A DNA stretch of 63,689 nucleotides, filler included, from Reclinomonas americana ATCC 50394 (lineage: Eukaryota), in NCBI GenBank assembly GCA_048213135.1. It is 9 parts of 5 records of this genome, joined end to end, with 100 filler letters (N's around TTAATTAATTAA, not from the genome) between each part and the next. Parts side by side here need not be neighbours in the genome. Positions count along the whole stretch, not along the records: positions 44,221 to 58,543 come from PS015213.1; positions 58,644 to 59,947 come from PS015214.1; positions 60,048 to 61,295 come from PS015217.1; positions 61,396 to 63,689 come from PS015218.1; 5 more parts are not named here. One strand, 5' to 3'. This document shows, piece after piece, positions 53,286 to 63,689 of this stretch (its first letter is position 1; each line of letters begins with the position of its first letter). The notes under the pieces are model-generated. The model saw nothing but the letters and a program-made list of their open reading frames with translations. It was not told where the DNA came from and did no database searches. Made by a program: the position numbers and the translations under genes.

Positions 53286-54080
53286 ATGGAAGTAACAAAA
53301 AGCGGCAAGGTGGTGCGAACGCACCCGTTTCGCTCTCGCATGTACCTCACCACGTTCTTCATCTCGGGTCTCTTGCACTGGGGAGGCGTCATCGCGCCTC
53401 TCATCCAGTTCCAAACTCTGCGCACAAACAGTACGTAACACACTCACACACGCACACGCTCTCTCTGTCAGCCTCTCACACACGCACACACAGCTCTCGG
53501 CTTCGCCACTGTGTGGGTCTTTGTCGGTTGCGGCCTCCTCATGTTCCTGCTGGCGCTCCTGTGGAGAGTGCAGGTACTACAACGCCTCTGCGTGTGTGAT
53601 CATTGTGCGTGCGCGCGCTCACCCTTACTCACAGCGACGACCGACCATGTTCTCCAACATCGTCCTCATGTTCGCCGTCGCCGCCAGCATCACCGGCTAC
53701 GTGCTGCTCGCGTTGCGCTGGGAGTTCTTCTTCAGCACCGACAAGAACAACATGGGTACTGTACACTGCCACCCGCTCACTCCTATCCAACCTTCGATCG
53801 AGTAACTGACCTGTTACATATAGGATGGTGGGGCCGCGTGTTCCTGTTGATCTACATGGCACTGGGCGGGCTGGCGCTGATCTCGGGTGTGGCGAACGGA
53901 TGGCGCGGGTACCAGTCGGGCTGGTCGCGCCCAGACGTGCGCGAGATGACGCTGCTGAAGCCGACGGAGAAGGAGGTGTCGCGGCGCGAGCGCGTGGCCG
54001 ATGCACTCGCCGCCGCCGGTATCTCGCCGTCGTCCATGCGTGGGCGATCCTCTGCTTCCGCTGCAAAGACGCCCTTTTGA
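53286..54080 (+). CDS. Unidentified small membrane protein with about 4 TM segments, 4 exons
   Basis: Hydrophobic segments FFISGLLHWGGVIAPLI, VWVFVGCGLLMFLLALLW, IVLMFAVAASITGYVLLAL and VFLLIYMALGGLALISGV. An in-frame upstream ATG at 53019 is possible. Confidence 0.65.
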
Positions 54081-54578
54081 TGAGACCTGTGTAGTATACG
54101 TTCTTTTTCTCTTCTCTCCACGTGTGTGCGTTCATTTCTTATGCAAAGAGGAGTCGGAGGCCCATGAGAATGCAGCCAATGGAGACCACGGGGCTCAGGC
54201 GGTTGCCCACCACTGTGGCCTTGTAGACCATGCTCGAGAAGCTGTGTGTGGCGAGTGAGCTCAGTGGTGACGATTTTGCGCGCTCGCGAGTTGGTGCTCA
54301 CCCCTTCTTCTGTGGGTCAAAGTACTGCGCAAACATCCTCTGTTGGCCAGCATGTGTGTGTGTGAGAGAGAGAGACAGTGGTGCGCACAAAGAGGGAGAG
54401 AGCGCAACGTAGGACTGTGCGTATGGCTTGATGTAGGTGCATGTGCAGATGAAGAGCAGCACCACCGTGAGCACCACGTCAAAGTTGAGAAGCGCGAACT
54501 TGTCAGAGAGGAAAGTGAGTGGAGCGCACGTGTGGGAGACAGCATAGAGCGTATGCACGCACCACCATTGCTCACACG

Positions 54579-55442
54579 ATGATGATGTGGTTGAAAAATG
54601 AAGTCCTGCGACGGCGACGGCGAAGACAACTCGCAGCGACGTCGAGCTCGTGCACTACTGTAGATGGACTTCTGGTCGGGACCACATCAATTGGCAGTTG
54701 TTTGATGAGCGCTGGTTCTGGTTCTAGCCCTTCTCCCGGTGATTTGTGGCACCGAGAGTTTGCCGGTCTGCGCGTGTTGTGTGGATGTCTTCATCGCAGC
54801 GACGAAGAGATGGCCCCTGTTCTGGACGCGTTTCGCGTGCACCGCATCAGACTCACTGATCTGGTGATCAGCTTCGCGACCACGAACAGCGTCGCGGTTG
54901 CCAGCGAGGCGCTCGCCGTGTTGCGTGAGGAAAATGTTCTTGCGGCGGGGGAGGTTGCGGCCATCATCGCGCGTCTTCCTTTGGTTGGCCTCGTCGGAGA
55001 CCGCCATAGCACTATGTTCACATTCGCCCACGAAGACAGCGTGCAACTGTGGCCCTGGAAATTCAGTGCGAAAGGGGCACAGCCTTCCGCCGAACAGACG
55101 TCGCCAGAAGCAGTGCACGTGACAGGTGAGATAGCTTGGCGCCCTACCCGCGCACGTCGTTGACTCGCTCACAGCGTCTGACACCAATGAGAAACAGTGA
55201 CCGAGAGGCTCCGAAGTGATGCCGACGAGGGAGTGTCTGCAGAGCGCACCATCGAGAGCGCATGCGTCATGGCCGAACAGCAGGATCGAGACGCGAAGAT
55301 TTCCCGTTTGATCCGCGAAAAACTTGCCAGTCCCGCATTTCCACAACGCGTCAACCCCGCGCACGTTGTTGCCACTGGTTGCCGTCCGGCCAACCTCAAG
55401 CCGTTCCAGGGTGTTGAACATGGTTCGGATCCGTTGTCTTGA
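54579..55442 (+). CDS. Hypothetical protein (probably 2 exons)
   Basis: Open frame of about 190 codons ending at a G|GTGAGA donor near 55127. No family recognised. Confidence 0.35.
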
Positions 55443-55468
55443 GTGGCCTACGTGCGCTGTGTTATATA

Positions 55469-56035
55469 TTATGACTCCCTCGGTTTCTGGTTTTCGTAGA
55501 GTCCAGCCGCGCGCAGCTGCTGAGGCGGATCGAAGTTCTTGAGCAACGTGTTGAGAAGAGTGATGCTCCGGCTGTGCGGCCAAACGTGTCCATCAACACG
55601 AATTTCAGCTTCAACGCCAGTTTCAACAGCTGCAGCATCAATGTCGTTGTACCTGGCGCTGCGGGGTCTCAAGTTCTGCCTGGCAGTGCCCTCAAGGGTA
55701 CAGACTCGCCGCTTAAGCAATACCGCACGCCCATTGTCGAGAGTTGTGTTGTCCCTGAGTAGCCTCGCACAAGACAGTGCTTGCTGCTGCAGCTGGCCAT
55801 GGTATACTGGTGAGCATGCAATCCAGTGAAGCAATTGCTCCTAAAACACAGGCTTATCTCGAGCTTGGGGGCCAGCGAGCATGCGCAGACTAACTGGTTC
55901 ACAGTCAGCCTCTGTTCCTATGTGCTCCACATCTAAGAAACAAGATGTACAGCCTACACAACTGGTGCTTGCGACGTCGTTTCTCAACCCTGCTTCTGCT
56001 CGCACACAAGTCGAGAACTGCGAGCTGCATCGCAC
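55469..56035 (-). CDS. Hypothetical protein (about 3 exons, start uncertain)
   Basis: ...NDVAST|RTEADCEP|EQLLHWIACSP...NQKPRES* joins in frame using A|GTTGTG and A|GTTAGT donors. Confidence 0.3.
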
Positions 56036-56303
56036 TTAAGGCAGCCGACTGCACGGCGGCAGAGGCCTGAACAAAGTCAGTCACCATCTCTCGCGAGTTG
56101 ACTCATCCGCGACCGATATCGCGATCGCAATTAAATTGCACGAGCAGCACCAGAGTAGACGATGAGAAGCGCGAACTGGTGCGTGAGAGAGAGAGAGAGA
56201 GTGAGTGGAGCGCGCGCATGGGAGACAGCATTGAGCGTATGCACGCACCACCATTGCTCACACGCAGCGACGACGATGTGATTGAAAAGGAAGACAACTC
56301 TAC

Positions 56304-58484
56304 TCATGTACTTTTCTTCTTGCTCTTCTCATCGAGCAGGGCGAGCATGTCGGCCACGCTCAGAAACTTTTCGCCCACCTTGCCGCGCTGTGCGCCGCGG
56401 CGCTCTTCTTCGCCCATGATCAGGCACGCCTCGTCCCACGACACCGGTCTTATGCTCTACAGGCAGGAGGAGTGAGTGACCGGGGGAAGCACTCGTGCGC
56501 ATGCACCCGGCGACGAACGGACCTTGGCGCGCAGCAGCTGCTGCAGACATTCGTGACCGCCCTTCTCCGCGGCTCCGTTCCCCGCCTTTTCCAAGTCGGC
56601 CAGACACGTGGTCACCGACTCCAGAGCATCGTCGCGATTCGTGCCAATGACACCCGACGGACCGCGTTTCAACCAGCCCGCCACGTACACGCCATTCAGG
56701 CCGCGCACACGGCCCAACTCGTTCTCCACAATGTACTTGCGCGAGTCAAACGGAATGCCGGCCAGCGGCACCGACTGGTAGCCGATGCTGCGCAGCACGA
56801 ATTCGCACGGTACCGTCACGTGCTCACCTGTTCCGCGCGCCGTGCACTCCATGCTCGCCGGGTCCAGTGTCAGGGAGGTGCGCTCGAATTCAACGCCACT
56901 CACCCGGCTCTCTGTGGCCGCCGACACGCTTTCGAGAACACGCACCGGCTGCATTTGAAAGGCCAGCTCAATCACCACCATGCCGTCGCGCTGCAGCCGC
57001 TGCATTTCGTCGTCCCATCGCACATCGTCCACCACACACGGCTTCAACAGCGCCATCAGCCGCTCGCGATGACGACGATGCTGCAGTGATTCCGGCGTGC
57101 GTGAGGCCGCCGCCGCTACTCGTTCGAATTCCATCGCGCTCTCCACCTGACTCCGACGCACGCGCACTCGACCGCGATCCTGCGCGATGATGAGAAGACA
57201 TCCCGAACAGAGAGGGCGTGTGCGGCCGGCAACAAACCAACTTGGTGAGCTCACGAACTTCCGCCAACGAGAACGCCGCCTGCAGTGGCCCGCGTCGCCC
57301 GACCATGGTCACATGCCGAATGTTGGAGCGCGACAGCGCCTCCACCGCATGCGCCGCAATATCCGTGCCACGAATCGCCTCCGGCGTGTGCGCCAGCAGC
57401 CGCGTGACATCCACCGCCACATTGCCTTGCCCAATGACCACCGCACGCCGGCTCTCGTGGAGCACGCGTGGCCAGTCGAGCGGCATCGACGTGGTGGCAT
57501 CCGGCAACGCGTTGTACCTGATTAGATACACTGTGCATATGAGAACGCGCCCTTTCCCTCGACGACGACGAAGTGCATCACCATTCCACAAACGCCCGCG
57601 CACTGGCCACTCCCCGCACCTCCTCTCCCGGGATCCTCAGCAGCCGATCACGCTGCGCCCCATACGCCAAGAACACCGCGTCGTAACACTGCTGCAACTC
57701 TGTCACACTGACACTCTGCGCATATGCAATCAAATCAACGAATCGCCTGTCTCTCTCTCATGGGAGACAGTNNNNNNNNNNNNNNNNNNNNNNNNNNNNN
57801 NNNNNNNNNNNNNNNNNNNNNNNNNNNNNNNNNNNNNNNNNNNNNNNNNNNNNNNNNNNNNNNNNNNNNNNNNNNNNNNNNNNNNNNNNNNNNNNNNNNN
57901 NNNNNNNNNNNNNNNNNNNNNNNNNNNNNNNNNNNNNNNNNNNNNNNNNNNNNNNNNNNNNNNNNNNNNNNNNNNNNNNNNNNNNNNNNNNNNNNNNNNN
58001 NNNNNNNNNNNNNNNNNNNNNNNNNNNNNNNNNNNNNNNNNNNNNNNNNNNNNNNNNNNNNNNNNNNNNNNNNNNNNNNNNNNNNNNNNNNNNNNNNNNN
58101 NNNNNNNNNNNNNNNNNNNNNNNNNNNNNNNNNNNNNNNNNNNNNNNNNNNNNNNNGTGTGACTGACCGCAGCATCGTCGCCGAGTGCGACATTGCCTGC
58201 AAAGTGCACCGAGTCACTGGAGGCCAGCAATTGCGCAAACTTGTGCGTCACATTCTTCACTTCGGGGTGGTCGGGCGCCACTCCATATCGCACCAGACCA
58301 AAGGGCACAGGCAGCCGCTCAAGCACAGTCACACGGACCTTCAAGTGTGTGAGATAAAAGTGCGAGTTTTCTTTTTTTTTTGCATTGCGCGTGCTCGCAC
58401 CTTGTCGCCTAGTACGCGCAGCAGGTGCTCCACCGAGTACATGCCAGCGGGGCCGGAGCCGACCACCGCAATGTGTCGCAACAT
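56304..58484 (-). CDS. FDXR: NADPH:adrenodoxin oxidoreductase (ferredoxin reductase, FDXR/Arh1)
   Basis: IAVVGSGPAG, LPVPFGLVRYGVAPDHPEVK, LAYGA, VIGQGNVAVDV, GRRGPLQAAF...EVREL, RSIGY and YVAGWLKRGPSGVIGTN. Confidence 0.95.
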
Positions 58485-58673
58485 GGCGATTGAAGTTGGC
58501 TGGGTGATCCATCGGGTCCGTTGAGCATGTGTGCCAATCACACNNNNNNNNNNNNNNNNNNNNNNNNNNNNNNNNNNNNNNNNNNNNTTAATTAATTAAN
58601 NNNNNNNNNNNNNNNNNNNNNNNNNNNNNNNNNNNNNNNNNNNTCACACACTCACACACTTTGAGCGCACACC

Positions 58674-59936
58674 ATGAGCGTTTACGAGGAGACGCTGGTC
58701 ACCATCCCCTGTTGCGTGTGTGTGCGCGTGTTCTCATTTGCGCGCGCGTGTGTGTGTGTGTATGACGTACTTCTCCTCACTTCTCTCTCTCTCTCTCTTG
58801 TTCTCTCTTGTTCTCTCTCTGTCTCTGTGTGTGCGTATACACACAGTGTGCCACGTGTTCAGGTACGCGACTAGTCGCTCCACATGCACAAATTTGCACA
58901 TTTTTCTCATCATATCTCATCTCTATCTGTGTGTGCCATGTGTCTTTTGTGACATAGGATTCCACCGCGTTCCACTGCGGGTGGCTACAAGTTGCGCTCT
59001 TTGTGTGCAGCACCACACAACATCTTTCATTTGCTCACAAGCGCGCGCACGTACACAAAAAAGGGCGCAAGATTGGGAGGGCAACAACATCTGGAATGGA
59101 CGTTGCGTGTGTGTCTCTGTGTGTGTGTGTGTGTCTCTGTGTGTGTTGCGCTGGTTGGTGCTTACGAGATCATTGTGTGTGTAGGATGCCGTGTCGTGGC
59201 GCGCGGTGATGACTGCGAAATCCGACTGGAGGAAACCGATGGTGGTGCGTGTCCACCCTCTCTCCTTCTCCTCTCTCCCCGCTCTCCTCGCTTTCCGCTC
59301 ACGTGCCTTCGTGCAGGCGAGCTGTTTGCCGTGTGCCCTGTGAATCCGGGCGCGGTGGAGCGCGCAGAGGACTCGCGTCGCTACTTTGTGCTGCGCGTGG
59401 AGGATGGCAGCGGTGCGCGTGTGCTTTTGCTTTCGTGTGTGTGCCTCGCTGCTGCTTGCTGAGTCGCTTGTACAGGCAAGCATGCGTACGTGGGCCTGGG
59501 CTTTGACCAGCGTGGTGAGGCTTTCGATTTCAATGTCGCCCTGCAAGATCACCAAAAGACGGTGGATCGCATGCGCAACCCCGAGGCGCACGGTGTGCCG
59601 CTGTCGAAGATGTCGGATGAGTACGCGCTGAAGGACGGCGAGAAGATCTCGGTCGACATTTCAGGAGTTGCGTTCGCGCGCGTGCAATCGTCCATGCTGT
59701 GCACCACCGCTGAGCGACCTGTTTCCATGTGTGAGCAGAAGGTGAAGACCAAGGCCAAGGGCGAGAAGCCTTCGGCCAAGGTACCAGTGGCTGGTGCCAG
59801 CGGTGGCAAGGGCATTTCGCTCGGCAAGGCCACGCAGCGCTTGGCTGCGGACCCGGGCACTGGCTCTTCGTCGTCATCATCCTCCTCGTCTTCATCAACT
59901 GGCAAGTCGGCGAGTCTCATGGATGACTTCTTCTGA
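58674..59936 (+). CDS. NECAP: Adaptin ear-binding coat-associated protein NECAP, 8 exons
   Basis: Spliced: YEETLVTIPL|CHVFR|IPPRSTAGGYK|AQDW...WNGR|CRVVARG...|GELFAVCP...EDSRRYFVLRVEDGS|GKHAYVGLGFDQRGEAFDFNVALQDH...YALKDGEKISV. Confidence 0.95.
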
Positions 59937-60315
59937 GCGAGAGACACNNNNNNNNNNNNNNNNNNNNNNNNNNNNNNNNNNNNNNNNNNNNTTAATTAAT
60001 TAANNNNNNNNNNNNNNNNNNNNNNNNNNNNNNNNNNNNNNNNNNNNAGAGAGAGAGAGAGAGGGGGAGGAGAGAGAGAGAGAGGTAAAAAGCAAGGCGG
60101 AAGAGAATCTCGGAAGGTGAATAGGGAACGTGGGAGACAGGGGGACAGGGCGAAGTGAGCGAGAGGTAAGTCGAAAGAGACTTGGCTCAGAGGCGACAGA
60201 TGTCGGTGACCAAACGAAACTGCACGGAGACTGACGACAAACAAAAGCAGCACATTCTTCTCTCTCGCCCCTTTTCTCCCTCTCTCTCTCCCCTTTCTCC
60301 CTCTTTCCAACAAAC

Positions 60316-61074
60316 CTTGACAAAGAACTCGAATCCACCGCGATCAGCGCGCATTACGTAGCCGGAGCGCTTGCGTGACGACGAGAAATCCTTCTGGAAC
60401 ACCTTGTGGTCGGCGTCCTTGTAGTGCTCGCGAATCTGGCGCCAGTCGCCATTGAAGCTGGTGTTGACCATGTACAGCAGAGCGCCTTCCGTGGGCGAGC
60501 CGACGACTTGCTGCAGGCGGCACAAGAGTCAGAACCCAAAAAGATACCAAAAAGAGCACGTCATGCGGGAAAAAAACTAACCGGTCGTGGCAATCGCACT
60601 CCCTTCTCGTCGACAAAATGCACTTCGGCAGACGAGTCGGTGGAGAGACCGCGATTCATCAAGTCGACCAGGTCGGCACGCAGTGCCCCCGCCGGCACAC
60701 TCTGGTACATGTCGCCAAAGAAGACTCCCTTGACGACTGTCATGCGATTTTGGGTCAATGTACCAGTCTTGTCCGAGCAAATATCTGCAAGGAAGGAGGA
60801 GAGAAGAAATCAGAGACTGCGTGCGTAGGCAACCGAAGAGGGGCACGTGCGAGTCCAACGGAACTGGTGGCACCGCCCATGATTTCGCAAGCGGCCAGCT
60901 CGCGCACCAAATTCTTGTCCTTGATCATGCGCTTCATGGAGAAGGCCAGGGAGATGGTGACGGCCAGCGGGAGACCCTCGGGCACGGCCACGACGACAAT
61001 GGTGACCGAAATCACAAAGAACTCCAGCAGGTGGCGCAGGCGGTCCGACGTGAAGTTGTGGTTGCCATCGAACA
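60316..61074 (-). CDS. Internal fragment of a P-type IIB (PMCA-like) Ca2+-ATPase
   Basis: [62 protein letters not shown] and FSSSRKRS. Confidence 0.95.
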
Positions 61075-61394
61075 CTGCGGAGGGGGACAGGGGGAAGGGG
61101 GAAGGGGAGAAGGGGTAAAAAGGGGGAAAGGGAGAAAGGGGGAAGGGGGAAAGGGGGAAAGGGAGGAAGAGGGAAAGAGGAGAAAGGGGGAAAGGGGAAC
61201 GGGAAGAGGGGAAGAGGGGAAGAGGGAAAGAGGGAAAGGGGGGAAAGGGGGGAAAGGGAGAAAGGGAGAAAGGGGGAATGGGGAAGGAGGGAAGGNNNNN
61301 NNNNNNNNNNNNNNNNNNNNNNNNNNNNNNNNNNNNNNNTTAATTAATTAANNNNNNNNNNNNNNNNNNNNNNNNNNNNNNNNNNNNNNNNNNN

Positions 61395-63689
61395 NTCGCA
61401 CCGAGTGCACCGACACTGTCGAGCAACACCTACACACCACCACTGGCGTCCAATGGCGTGATTGGCACGCTGTCGTCAACTGATCCGAACACTGGCCAGA
61501 CACTGACATACACGATTACGGGTGGTACCAATTCGGCGTCGTTCAACATCAGTGGCACGAGTCTGCGGTCGAATGTGGCTGGCCTCACCGGCAATGGCCT
61601 GCAAGTGATTGTGCAAGTGAGTGACGGAACATTGACAGCGAGTACAACATTTACCATTAACGAAGGTCAGTGTGATATGAGGCTGTTGCTGCTGTGATGA
61701 ATTGTGACTCACCGTCCTCTACAGCCAATGTTGTGCCGACTGCGCCAACGCTGTCGAGCAACACCTACACTCCGCCATTGGCGTCCAATGGAGTAATTGG
61801 CACGCTGTCAGCAACAGATCCGAACACTGGCCAGACACTGACATACACAATTACGGGAGGCACGAACTCGGCGTCGTTCAACATCAGCGGCACGAGTCTG
61901 CGGTCGAATATTGCTGGCCTCACCGGCAACGGCCTGCAAGTGACTGTGNNNNNNNNNNNNNNNNNNNNNNNNNNNNNNNNNNNNNNNNNNNNNNNNNNNN
62001 NNNNNNNNNNNNNNNNNNNNNNNNNNNNNNNNNNNNNNNNNNNNNNNNNNNNNNNNNNNNNNNNNNNNNNNNNNNNNNNNNNNNNNNNNNNNNNNNNNNN
62101 NNNNNNNNNNNNNNNNNNNNNNNNNNNNNNNNNNNNNNNNNNNNNNNNNNNNNNNNNNNNNNNNNNNNNNNNNNNNNNNNNNNNNNNNNNNNNNNNNNNN
62201 NNNNNNNNNNNNNNNNNNNNNNNNNNNNNNNNNNNNNNNNNNNNNNNNNNNNNNNNNNNNNNNNNNNNNNNNNNNNNNNNNNNNNNNNNNNNNNNNNNNN
62301 NNNNNNNNNNNNNNNNNNNNNNNNNNNNNNNNNNNNNNNNNNNNNNNNNNNNNNNNNNNNNNNNNNNNNNNNNNNNNNNNNNNNNNNNNNNNNNNNNNNN
62401 NNNNNNNNNNNNNNNNNNNNNNNNNNNNNNNNNNNNNNNNNNNNNNNNNNNNNNNNNNNNNNNNNNNNNNNNNNNNNNNNNNNNNNNNNNNNNNNNNNNN
62501 NNNNNNNNNNNNNNNNNNNNNNNNNNNNNNNNNNNNNNNNNNNNNNNNNNNNNNNNNNNNNNNNNNNNNNNNNNNNNNNNNNNNNNNNNNNNNNNNNNNN
62601 NNNNNNNNNNNNNNNNNNNNNNNNNNNNNNNNNNNNNNNNNNNNNNNNNNNNNNNNNNNNNNNNNNNNNNNNNNNNNNNNNNNNNNNNNNNNNNNNNNNN
62701 NNNNNNNNNNNNNNNNNNNNNNNNNNNNNNNNNNNNNNNNNNCAAGTGAGCGACGGAGCAGGTGGTACAGCGAGCACTACATTCACCATCAGCGAAGGTT
62801 TTGTTTCATTGTCTCCTTCCTTCTCAGCTCTTTGTCTGTACGGCGCTAAGCTTGTCGTGTCTATGTGCAGTCAATATTGCGCCAACTGCACCCACTCTCT
62901 CGAGCAACACCTACGTACCGCCGCTGGCGTCCAATGGAGTGATTGGCACACTGTCGTCCACCGACCCCAACACTGGTCAGACACTGACATACACGATTAC
63001 GGGTGGCACGAACTCGGCGTCGTTTAACATCAGCGGCACGAATTTGCGATCCAATGTTGCTGGCCTCACCGGTAATGGCCTGCAAGTGACTGTGCAAGTG
63101 AGTGACGGAACATTGACAGCGAGTGCGACATTCACCATCAGCGAAGGTCAGTGTGAGATGAAGCTGCTTTTCTGCTGGATTATGACTTATCGTTATCCAC
63201 AGCCAATGTTGCGCCGAGTGCACCGACACTGTCGAGCAGCACCTACACACCGCCGCTGGCGTCCAATGGAGTGATTGGCTCGCTGTCGTCAACTGATCCG
63301 AACACTGGTCAGACACTGACGTACACGATTACGGGTGGCACGAACTCGGCGTCGTTTAACATCAGCGGCACGAATTTGCGATCCAATGTTGCTGGCCTCA
63401 CCGGCAATGGCCTGCAAGTGATTGTGCAAGTTAGTGACGGAGCTGGTGGTACCGCAAGTGCAACGTATATCATTAGCGAAGGTCAGTGTGAGATGAAGGT
63501 GTAGCTGTGCTGGATTGTGACTCACCATCCTCTACAGCCAATGTTGCACCGAGTGCACCGACACTGTCGAGCAACACCTACACACCGCCACTAGCGTCCA
63601 ATGGAGTGATTGGCGCGCTGTCGTCCACAGATCCGAACACTGGTCAGACACTGACATACACGATTACGGGTGGCACGAACTCGGCGTCG
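61395..63689 (+). CDS. Tandem cadherin-like beta-sandwich repeats (about 92 aa), one per exon; surface protein fragment
   Basis: The unit NVAPSAPTLSSNTYTPPLASNGVIGTLSSTDPNTGQTLTYTITGGTNSASFNISGTNLRSNVAGLTGNGLQVIVQVSDG...TFTISE appears at least 6 times, complete or partial. Units are separated by phase-1 introns (GAAG|GT...CAG). Confidence 0.85.

Larger units (their letters stand above)
54487..56293 (+). repeat. Diverged direct repeat of about 115-130 bp (54487-54603 and 56164-56293) bracketing 1.56 kb
   Basis: Shared sequence gagaagcgcgaact...gtgagtggagcgc..tgggagacagcat.gagcgtatgcacgcaccaccattgctcacacg...gatgtg.ttgaaaa. Confidence 0.9.

Noticed and set aside
58484-58543. FDXR apparently lacking a mitochondrial presequence
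   Set aside because: The frame stays open upstream to the contig end, so the true start cannot be determined.
26937-59936. HEATR5 and NECAP as a clathrin-adaptor gene cluster
   Set aside because: They lie 20 kb apart with unrelated genes and contig linkers between them, so chance is sufficient.
61080-61295. Nearly pure G/A tract as a G-quadruplex or telomere-like signal
   Set aside because: It is the C/T-rich intron of the minus-strand Ca2+-ATPase next to a gap, with no fixed repeat unit.
7576-61351. Eight regularly recurring TTAATTAATTAA motifs, repeat- or CRISPR-like at first sight
   Set aside because: They always lie inside N runs and are an all-frame-stop assembly linker. HEATR5 and the ARM gene continue across them.
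1834-62789. Long ORFs in the supplied track that span X runs, and the many short overlapping ORFs
   Set aside because: These are artefacts of N gaps, high GC and unspliced introns.

Overview
This window is eukaryotic, not prokaryotic. It is a gapped draft scaffold from a GC-rich, intron-dense protist (probably flagellated), with many short GT-AG introns rich in CA/GA microsatellites, very short intergenic spacers, N gaps and artificial TTAATTAATTAA contig linkers. I spliced the genes by eye. Recognisable genes are an RBPMS/Scw1-type RRM protein, CSTPP1/C11orf49, an EF-hand plus ICME-like alpha/beta hydrolase fusion, an intronless bacterial-type homocysteine S-methyltransferase, an RCC1-repeat protein, HEATR5/Laa1, a SAXO/Mn-motif-like protein, an ARM-repeat protein, a PH-domain protein, a UPF0200-like P-loop kinase, ferredoxin reductase (FDXR), NECAP, a PMCA-type Ca2+-ATPase fragment and an exon-duplicated cadherin-like array. 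The strongest unexplained signal is a second, abundant class of 5' splice site, H|GTTGCG. I found 24 examples, always after a non-G exon end. It looks like the usual G|GTGCG donor shifted by one nucleotide. All family assignments come from motif recognition only; no database search was run.
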